Shown piece by piece: positions 54,997-62,238 of a stretch of 62,238 bases of DNA (position 1 is its first letter; every line of letters starts with the position of its first letter). The notes beneath the pieces were generated by a model. It made no database searches. It was not told the DNA's origin and worked only from the letters and a program-made list of their open reading frames with translations. The position numbers and the translations under genes were made by a program. Source of the stretch: a virus (taxonomy: Duplodnaviria; Caudoviricetes); the IMG/VR virus record IMGVR_UViG_3300042541_000169, positions 1 through 62,238 of that record; one strand, written 5' to 3'.

Positions 54997-56031
54997 ATGG
55001 CCGTAACAAATTTTACTCCCCTGCTTGGCCTTGCGTTGCCAACAACCGGCGATTTGTCCGGTACGTGGGGCACGACGGTCAACACCGCAATTACTGACTT
55101 GCTTGATGATGCTGTAGCAGGTACGGTCACACTTTCGGCAGACGCAGATGTCACGTTAACAACAACAAATGGCGCAGACAATCAAGCGCGTAACGCGATA
55201 ATTTTATGGACCGCCAGTAACGGCGCTACAACTCGAAACATTACCGCCCCTGCGCAATCTAAAGCCTATGTAGTTATCAATGCAGGTACGGGTTCTATTG
55301 TGGTTCGCGGCTCTGGTCCGACGACAGGCGTAACAATTCCCTCTGGCACTCGCGCATTAGTAGCGTGGAACGGTTCTGACTTTGTGAAGATTGTTAGTAA
55401 CCCGGTGGTGCTAACCACGGACGTATCTGGCATTCTTCCAGTCGCAAACGGAGGTACAGCTACCGCTACTCCATCGCTGGTAGCGGGCGCAAATGTCACT
55501 ATAACTGGCACATGGCCTAACCAGACCGTTGCCGCCGCAGCACAAAGCCCAACATTCAATGAATTAATTACCGTCACAGGCACGGCATCAACCGCTGGCG
55601 GCATTGCCCTCGGTGAAGATTCGGATAACGGGGTAAATACTGCTACCGTAAAAGCGCCAGCGGCTATTACTTCTAACTACACAATGACGCTTCCCCAAAC
55701 CGATGGGGTTACGCTTGGGTATTTAAACATCCCGCAATCAGGCGCGGCAAAGACCACAAGCTATACATTAGCTGTAACAGATGTAGGCAAGGTCATCGAG
55801 GTAGGGGCAAGCGGGGCTATTGAAGTTCCTGACGCGACCTTTGCCACAGGTGATGCCATCATTATCTTCAACAATACTAGCGGGTCTATCACGATGACCA
55901 TGACGATCACGAATGCCTATATCGCTGGAACTGACGCGGATAAGGCTACAATTGATGTGGCTACTCGCGGTGTGGCTAACATCCTGTTTGTTACAGGTAC
56001 GACCTGTGTAGTTACTGGAAACGTGAGCTAA
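54997..56031 (+). CDS. Tail fibre / fibre-anchor protein
   Basis: GTWGTTVN N-terminus, VSGILPVANGGT shaft, C-terminal SYTL..TD.GK domain. Confidence 0.78.
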   Translation: MAVTNFTPLLGLALPTTGDLSGTWGTTVNTAITDLLDDAVAGTVTLSADADVTLTTTNGADNQARNAIILWTASNGATTRNITAPAQSKAYVVINAGTGSIVVRGSGPTTGVTIPSGTRALVAWNGSDFVKIVSNPVVLTTDVSGILPVANGGTATATPSLVAGANVTITGTWPNQTVAAAAQSPTFNELITVTGTASTAGGIALGEDSDNGVNTATVKAPAAITSNYTMTLPQTDGVTLGYLNIPQSGAAKTTSYTLAVTDVGKVIEVGASGAIEVPDATFATGDAIIIFNNTSGSITMTMTITNAYIAGTDADKATIDVATRGVANILFVTGTTCVVTGNVS

Positions 56032-56034
56032 ACA

Positions 56035-57420
56035 ATGGCATTAGTCCTCAAAGACCGAGTTAAGACCACGACCACGACAACTGGTACGGGTACAGTTACG
56101 CTCAACTCCGCAGCGGCTGGTTATCAGAGTTTCTCTGTCATTGGCGACGGTCAGCAGACTTACTATGTGATCTCTGACGGAACTAACTGGGAAACCGGAA
56201 CTGGGACGTACACGGCTTCCGGCACTACTCTCTCACGCACACAGGTCTTTGAGTCTAGCAATGGCGATGCCTTAGTCAACTTTGCTGCTGGTACTAAGGA
56301 TGTGATTGTAGGCTATCCATCACAGGCTACAGCAGGTGGTGTGCCTAACTGTGATAACTCGTCTATAGGTACTGACTTATCTGGCTGGTCTGCGTTTCAA
56401 GCTGCGCTACAGAGTGGTGTAACAGGCGGTACGCTGTTTGGGAATAATAGTACTAACGGCATTGTAAGTACGTATTCGTTGGTTTATACAGTAACCTCTG
56501 CTTATCAAGGTGGAGTATTAGCACCTAACGGAGATGTAAATTTTGTTCCACTTGGGGCAACAGTTGGGCAAAAAATATCATCTTCTGGCGTAGTTTCTAC
56601 TTATTCTTTGGTTTATACGGCTGCCTCTGCATATAGTGGCGGCGTATTAGCCTCTAATGGCGATATTCATTTTGTACCTTCTGGAGCAAACAGAGGACAA
56701 AAAATAAATGTTTCTGGAGTAGTTAGTACGTACTCGCTGGTTTATACAACATCTACTGGCGCATATGATGGTGGAGTTTTATCTCCAAATGGGGATATAC
56801 ATTTTATTCCGCAAGGGGCAAACAGAGGACAAAAAGTATCTTCTGCTGGAGTTGTATCCACATACTCTCTTGTTTACACCACCTCAAGTGCTTATTCAGG
56901 TGGCGTTTTAGCTCCTAATGGCGATATTCATTTTGTCCCTTGGGAGGCAGCAGTTGGACAAAAAATATCAGCAGCAGGGGTTGTATCTACATACAGTTTA
57001 ATTTATACGGCAAGTCAGGCTTATCAAGGTGGCGTTTTAGCTCCTAACGGTGATATTTATTTTGTTCCTTATGTTGCTAATAGGGGTCAAAAAATATCTG
57101 CTGCTGGCGTTGTTTCTACGTACAGTTTAGTTTATACGGCTTCTGCTGCATATTCTGGTGGCGTACTAGCCCCTAACGGCGATATTCATTTTGTGCCACG
57201 AGTTGCAAATAGAGGCCAAAAAGTATCTGCTGCTGGCGTAGTTTCTACCTATTCTCTTGTTTACACTACATCATCAGCATCCTATGGTGGCGTATTAACG
57301 CCCAATGGGGATATTTATTTTATTCCTCGTAGTGGCGCTGTAGGCCAGAAAATCTCCACGAATCCCGGTCAGCCATTAGGCCTCGGCGTATGTCTGAGTT
57401 CATTCCTTAATAAATTCTAA
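56035..57420 (+). CDS. Receptor-binding-like protein 1, seven 43-aa beta-propeller-type repeats
   Basis: [11 protein letters not shown]-domain; 7x [11 protein letters not shown]...[14 protein letters not shown]...GQK; ends LNKF. Confidence 0.8.
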   Translation: MALVLKDRVKTTTTTTGTGTVTLNSAAAGYQSFSVIGDGQQTYYVISDGTNWETGTGTYTASGTTLSRTQVFESSNGDALVNFAAGTKDVIVGYPSQATAGGVPNCDNSSIGTDLSGWSAFQAALQSGVTGGTLFGNNSTNGIVSTYSLVYTVTSAYQGGVLAPNGDVNFVPLGATVGQKISSSGVVSTYSLVYTAASAYSGGVLASNGDIHFVPSGANRGQKINVSGVVSTYSLVYTTSTGAYDGGVLSPNGDIHFIPQGANRGQKVSSAGVVSTYSLVYTTSSAYSGGVLAPNGDIHFVPWEAAVGQKISAAGVVSTYSLIYTASQAYQGGVLAPNGDIYFVPYVANRGQKISAAGVVSTYSLVYTASAAYSGGVLAPNGDIHFVPRVANRGQKVSAAGVVSTYSLVYTTSSASYGGVLTPNGDIYFIPRSGAVGQKISTNPGQPLGLGVCLSSFLNKF

Positions 57421-57422
57421 TT

Positions 57423-58811
57423 ATGACATTCGTTATCCGTGATCGCATATTAGTAACCAGCACCACTACAGGCACAGGTACGTTTACACTTGGCGCGGCT
57501 ACTGCTGGCTATCAGGACTTCTCTAGCATAGGTAACGGTAACACTACTTACTACACGATCACTAACGGTACTGATTGGGAAGTAGGCATTGGTACGTATA
57601 CCTCTAGCGGCACGACATTAGCCCGTACACAGGTCTTATCCTCAAGTAACAGCAATGCGCTAGTTAATTGGGGCGCAGGGTCTAAGAACGTTTATGTGCC
57701 ACAGCCAGCTATCAATACACAAGGAACAGCGCCTACAGGTGACAACTCGTCTATTGGTACAGATCAGGTAGCGTTTAACAACTTCCAGAAGAATATACAG
57801 GCTAGTGTTAACGGTGGTGTGACGTTTAATAACAATGGTACGGCTGGGATTGTTAGTACGTATAGCTTGGTTTATACGGCAAGCAGTAGTTATGGAGGAG
57901 GCGTTTTAGTGCCTAATGGAGATATACATTTTGTTCCACAAGGCGCTCCTAGAGGTCAAAAAATTAATTATCTGACAGGTGTTGTTTCAACTTATTCATT
58001 AATTTACACTGGGAGTGTTTCTTATTTTGGTGGCGTGCTTGCAGCTAATGGAGATGTACATTTTGTTCCTAGTGCCGCACCAGTTGGACAAAAATTAAAT
58101 GCTTCCGGTATTGTTTCTACATATTCTTTGGTTTATACGGTTAGCGGAGCGTATGGCGGCGGTGTTCTTTCCCCTAACGGGGATATACATTTTGTTCCTA
58201 ATACAGCTAACAGAGGCCAAAAAGTATCTGCTGCTGGCGTGGTGTCTACGTATAGTCTAGTTTATACAATTGCAGGCGCGTATGAAGGCGGTGTACTAGC
58301 CTCTAACGGGGACATACACTTTATTCCTAAAAGCGCAAACAGAGGGCAGAAAATATCCGCTTCCGGAGTAGTCAGCACTTATAGCCTAGTTTATACAACC
58401 TCAAATGCTTACAGTGGTGGCGTTTTAGCGCCTAACGGTGATATTAATTTTGTTCCTTTTCGTGCAACAGTAGGTCAAAAAGTTTCTGCTGCTGGAGTTG
58501 TTTCTACCTACTCATTAGTTTATACAACAACTTCGGCTTATTCAGGTGGCGTATTAGCGCCAAACGGCGACATACATTTTGTTCCATTGCAAGCAAATAG
58601 AGGGCAAAAAGTATCAACAGACGGAGTTGTATCTACCTATTCATTAGTTTATACAGCAGTTAATGCGTATGCAGGTGGCGTACTAGCTCCCAATGGTGAC
58701 ATATATTTTGTTCCTGAGAGTGGCGCGGTTAGAGGCCAAAAAATCTCCACTTGCCCTGCTATACCATTTGGTTTAGATACCTGCCTCAGTTCATACCTCA
58801 ATAAGTTTTAA
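57423..58811 (+). CDS. Receptor-binding-like protein 2, seven repeats
   Basis: Same architecture; ends LNKF. Confidence 0.8.
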   Translation: MTFVIRDRILVTSTTTGTGTFTLGAATAGYQDFSSIGNGNTTYYTITNGTDWEVGIGTYTSSGTTLARTQVLSSSNSNALVNWGAGSKNVYVPQPAINTQGTAPTGDNSSIGTDQVAFNNFQKNIQASVNGGVTFNNNGTAGIVSTYSLVYTASSSYGGGVLVPNGDIHFVPQGAPRGQKINYLTGVVSTYSLIYTGSVSYFGGVLAANGDVHFVPSAAPVGQKLNASGIVSTYSLVYTVSGAYGGGVLSPNGDIHFVPNTANRGQKVSAAGVVSTYSLVYTIAGAYEGGVLASNGDIHFIPKSANRGQKISASGVVSTYSLVYTTSNAYSGGVLAPNGDINFVPFRATVGQKVSAAGVVSTYSLVYTTTSAYSGGVLAPNGDIHFVPLQANRGQKVSTDGVVSTYSLVYTAVNAYAGGVLAPNGDIYFVPESGAVRGQKISTCPAIPFGLDTCLSSYLNKF

Positions 58812-58820
58812 GGATTCGTT

Positions 58821-60185
58821 ATGGCGTATGTCGTTAAAGACCGAGTAAAAGTAACCAGCACGACGACAGGTACGGGAACCTTTACGCTTGGCGCTGCGGA
58901 AGTAGGCTTTCAAGCCTTTTCGGTTATCGGTGACGGTAATCAAACGTATTACTGCATCACTGACGCTACGAACTGGGAAGTAGGTATCGGTACTTACACT
59001 GCGTCTGGTACTACGCTATCGCGCTCTGTCCTTGAGTCATCTAATAGCAATGCTCTCGTAGACTTCCCTGCTGGCACTAAAACTGTATTCGTTACCTTTC
59101 CATCAGAGAACACGCTAGGCACTGTACCAACGGCTGACAATAGCTCAGTAGGTACTGACTTAGTAGCGTGGCTGAATTTAAAGAAGCAGCTAGATGCAGG
59201 TGTAGTGAATGGTGTGCCGTATGCTAACAATGGCACTAATGGGATTGTTAGTACGTACTCACTGGTTTATACGGCAATTGAGGCTTACGCTGGCGGCGTA
59301 CTAGCGCCTAATGGGGATATTTATTTTGTACCGCATTCTGCAAATCGTGGCCAAAAAATATCAGCAACAGGAGTGGTTTCTACGTATAGTTTAGTTTACA
59401 CAGCAGTAAGTGCTTATGGTGGCGGTGTTTTAGCTTCTAATGGAGATGTGCATTTTGTCCCTTATAGCGCCAACAGAGGTCAAAAAGTAAATGCGTCTGG
59501 CGTAGTTTCTACTTACTCATTAATAGTATCTGGAGGTTATAGTGGCGGCGTATTAGCCCCAAATGGCGATATTTATTTTGTCCCACGTAACGCAGACAGG
59601 GGGCAAAAAGTCTCCGCTGCTGGAGTCGTATCTACTTACTCTTTAGTTTATACGGCTGCGGGCTATTGGGGTGGTGTATTAGCTTCTAACGGGGATATAC
59701 ATTTTATTCCTGTTGATGCCAATAGAGGCCAGAAGGTATCTGCTGCCGGTGTTGTATCTACGTATAGCTTAGTTTACACAACAACAAGTGCCTATAGAGG
59801 CGGGGTTATTTCTCCTAATGGGGATATTTACTTTGTTCCTTTTAGCGCAAGGGTTGGTCAAAAAATATCAGCAACAGGCGTTGTATCTACTTACAGTTTA
59901 GTTTATACGGCAATACAAGCCTATCAAGGTGGAGTTTTAGCCCCAAATGGTGACATCCATTTTGTGCCTTATGCCGCAAACAGAGGCCAAAAAATATCAG
60001 CAGCAGGTGTTGTTTCTACTTATTCGTTATCCCACACAGTAAATGCTGCTTATTGGGGTGGCGTATTAACATCTAATGGCGATATTTATTTTGTACCAAG
60101 TGAATCAGTCATAGGCCAAAAAATCTCCACAAACGTACAACAAAAAGTAGGTTATGCTTTAAGCCCGTTTTTCAATAAATTTTAA
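58821..60185 (+). CDS. Receptor-binding-like protein 3, seven repeats
   Basis: Same architecture; ends FNKF. Confidence 0.8.
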   Translation: MAYVVKDRVKVTSTTTGTGTFTLGAAEVGFQAFSVIGDGNQTYYCITDATNWEVGIGTYTASGTTLSRSVLESSNSNALVDFPAGTKTVFVTFPSENTLGTVPTADNSSVGTDLVAWLNLKKQLDAGVVNGVPYANNGTNGIVSTYSLVYTAIEAYAGGVLAPNGDIYFVPHSANRGQKISATGVVSTYSLVYTAVSAYGGGVLASNGDVHFVPYSANRGQKVNASGVVSTYSLIVSGGYSGGVLAPNGDIYFVPRNADRGQKVSAAGVVSTYSLVYTAAGYWGGVLASNGDIHFIPVDANRGQKVSAAGVVSTYSLVYTTTSAYRGGVISPNGDIYFVPFSARVGQKISATGVVSTYSLVYTAIQAYQGGVLAPNGDIHFVPYAANRGQKISAAGVVSTYSLSHTVNAAYWGGVLTSNGDIYFVPSESVIGQKISTNVQQKVGYALSPFFNKF

Positions 60186-60204
60186 CCACAGCAAGGAGAA
60201 ATAC

Positions 60205-61551
60205 GTGTACAACCGCGATAAAATTATAACAACGATGCAAGAAATCTACGATGAATCCAAAACCATCGCACCTTACGTCTTAATCGCACAACCACGTCGC
60301 AACTTAGAAGAAACAGCAGCACAGAATTTTGATGGATATGACGGCTTGCACATTGACCTGATGGGCTTCTCCCACGGCTTTGTGCATATCGGTGGCGAGA
60401 AGGTTGACGTTGCCCGTAATTACTTGATTGAACAAGCGTTGTCGTCTGGTGCTAAATATATGCTGTTTATCGGTGAGGATACAGTTCTTCCTTACGATGG
60501 CTTCAAGGTGCTGCATGAGACAGCCGAAGCAAACCCTGACGCAGTAGTAACAGGCGTGTACTACATCAAATGCTCTGACGCGATGATCATGGTACGTAAT
60601 CAGGATTGGATTACCATTCCTAATGTAGATCCGGGTCAACTGATTGAGGCTTGGCAGACCGGCATGGATGTGATGATGATTCCTATCTCCGTCCTGCAAG
60701 CAATGAAGGACGAGGCTCCTGACCTGCCGTTTACCTGTATTGGTAACAACATCAATGACGAGATTCCTTTTATTGGTGAAGACAACTTCTTTGTCCATCG
60801 TCTGCACAAGCGTGGCACTAAGTTGCTAGTTAATACCGATGTTCAATGTCTGCACATGGACTTGGCAAGTGGACTGTATACGGCGCATCCTTCTGTAGAC
60901 CTGAAGAACTACTATACGAACATCAAGCCTACCCGTCCTTTGACGCTGGATGACAAAGAGTTTATTGACCGTCGTTGGGCTGATCGTCTGCCTGAAGGCA
61001 CTGGTAGCTACAAGTCTGTTATTGCCAAGCTGTTAGAAGAAGGCCAGCCAATCAAGTTCAATATGGGTTGTGGGCGTGATCGTATTGATGGCTACCTTGG
61101 CGTTGATATGCACAGCGATACCGCAGATATTAAGCAAGACATCATGAAGCTAGACTTGCCAGAGCATTGCGCTGACGAGATATTTGCCAGCCATTTGATT
61201 GAGCATATCCCACAACATCGCGCTCCTAGTGTCTTAGAGAAGTGGCTTGCCACGTTGAAAGAGGGCGGTATGCTTGTTTTAGAGACGCCTGACCTTGCTG
61301 GCTTGTGTAAGGACTATCTTGAGCAAGATGGTGCAGATCAGCACATGACTGCTATGTGTATCTATGGCGCTCACGTAGACCGTATTACTCCTGAGACACA
61401 AGAGAAGGGTGCTTTATCTCCGCACCTGTGGGGCTACACACCTAAGTCGCTGGCTGACCTGTGTACAGCGGTAGGTTTTAAAGACATCAAGATTCTGCCT
61501 GTAACGGGTCAACATCCGGGCAAGAACTTTAGATTGGAGGCAGTGAAATGA
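60205..61551 (+). CDS. Glycosyltransferase (GT-A/GT2-like) + class I SAM methyltransferase fusion
   Basis: ARNYLI...LFIGEDTV...GEDNFF...CLH; then NMGCG...GVD...SHLIEH...LKEGG...TPD...HLWGY; AAGGAG SD before GTG. Confidence 0.8.
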   Translation: MYNRDKIITTMQEIYDESKTIAPYVLIAQPRRNLEETAAQNFDGYDGLHIDLMGFSHGFVHIGGEKVDVARNYLIEQALSSGAKYMLFIGEDTVLPYDGFKVLHETAEANPDAVVTGVYYIKCSDAMIMVRNQDWITIPNVDPGQLIEAWQTGMDVMMIPISVLQAMKDEAPDLPFTCIGNNINDEIPFIGEDNFFVHRLHKRGTKLLVNTDVQCLHMDLASGLYTAHPSVDLKNYYTNIKPTRPLTLDDKEFIDRRWADRLPEGTGSYKSVIAKLLEEGQPIKFNMGCGRDRIDGYLGVDMHSDTADIKQDIMKLDLPEHCADEIFASHLIEHIPQHRAPSVLEKWLATLKEGGMLVLETPDLAGLCKDYLEQDGADQHMTAMCIYGAHVDRITPETQEKGALSPHLWGYTPKSLADLCTAVGFKDIKILPVTGQHPGKNFRLEAVK

Positions 61552-61970
61552 TTTCCTTAGAAGGTTTGCAGTCTGGCGTTACTGGTGAAGATCGTGCTAT
61601 CGCTATTCTTAAGGTTGAGCATAACAGTCTGACGTATGACTGGACGACGTTTGTGCCACCTGACGCTGATCTGGCTACTTACATTGCCGCATCAGAGGGG
61701 CGTGTTAAGGCTGAGATTGATGCTAAAGAAGCTGCTTGGGCTGCTCTAACGCCTAAAACACGCAAGATTGAAGGCATTAACGGCACTGAAACTGTCGCTA
61801 TTGATAAGTCTGAGGTAGTACGTGCTGATAATCCTGATTACTACGCTAGTCGTCGCGCTGAGTATCCTGCACTGGCGGATCAGTTGGATGCAATGTGGAA
61901 GGGTTCTGACGCTATGGTAGAAATGGCGGCTAAGATTGCGGCTGTTAAGGCAAAGTATCCTAAGCCATGA
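61548..61970 (+). CDS. Fibre-associated (chaperone-like) protein
   Basis: YYASRRAEYPALADQLDAMWK...VKAKYPKP. Confidence 0.7.
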   Translation: MISLEGLQSGVTGEDRAIAILKVEHNSLTYDWTTFVPPDADLATYIAASEGRVKAEIDAKEAAWAALTPKTRKIEGINGTETVAIDKSEVVRADNPDYYASRRAEYPALADQLDAMWKGSDAMVEMAAKIAAVKAKYPKP

Positions 61971-62238
61971 GTTATACGCTATCCAAAACGGATGCAAATA
62001 AAATCGTTAGGATAGATCAGGGAGGGGTAGTTACTCTCCCTGGTAGCGTGTTCTCTAAGGGGGATGCGATAATATTATTTAACAATACGGATGAATTTAT
62101 CTCTATTCATTCGTTAGTGGAAAACTCTTATCGCTCTTCTCGCGCAAAGAAAAGGGCATTCATAGAGTTTCCTCCTAGATCATTAGCAAATGCTGTTTTT
62201 ATTGACGACAATATTGTAGTTATATCAGTGGGGTTCTA
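61656..62238. repeat. Right copy of imperfect terminal direct repeat
   Basis: See 1-583. Confidence 0.95.
61967..62238 (+). CDS. Second allele of ORF 312-584 (stop codon cut by the window end)
   Basis: MSYTLSKTDANKIVRIDQGG...ISVGF. Confidence 0.85.
   Translation, partial: MSYTLSKTDANKIVRIDQGGVVTLPGSVFSKGDAIILFNNTDEFISIHSLVENSYRSSRAKKRAFIEFPPRSLANAVFIDDNIVVISVGF

Noticed and set aside
56035-60185. Diversity-generating retroelement acting on the repeats
   Set aside because: No reverse transcriptase ORF and no template/variable pair differing only at adenines; differences involve all bases

Overview
The window is essentially a complete (~61.6 kb, circularly permuted) dsDNA tailed-phage genome with podovirus-like organisation. 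The host cannot be read from the sequence; sigma70-type promoters and an RpoD-like region-4 domain point to a proteobacterium (inference). The + strand (38.4 kb to the end, continuing 1-16.8 kb) carries terminase, portal, a GroES-like co-chaperonin, scaffold, major capsid, many small basic proteins, adaptor/fibre genes, three paralogous 7-repeat beta-propeller-like fibre proteins, a glycosyltransferase-methyltransferase fusion, lysis genes, a nozzle-like protein and four or five internal/ejection proteins. The - strand (37.9 to 16.9 kb) carries early genes (AAA ATPase, metallopeptidase-vWA), family A DNA polymerase, a stand-alone sigma70 region-4 protein, Cas4-like exonuclease, HNH-like protein, SNF2 helicase, SSB-like protein and primase-helicase. 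The two ends are 583-bp, ~89% identical copies of one locus. I found no integrase, RNA polymerase, reverse transcriptase, tRNA or CRISPR array. Most notable unexplained signals: (1) 21 near-identical 43-aa blades with hypervariable positions, next to a GT-MTase; (2) a recurring hydrophobic-x-x-GG motif across many virion proteins; (3) a six-copy perfect dyad GCTTCATAT(C/G)ATATGAAGC around the early genes; (4) four candidate structured RNAs, one with an anti-Shine-Dalgarno loop; (5) ORFs overprinted inside the 2002-aa ejection gene. All functional calls come from motif recognition by eye; no database searches were run.
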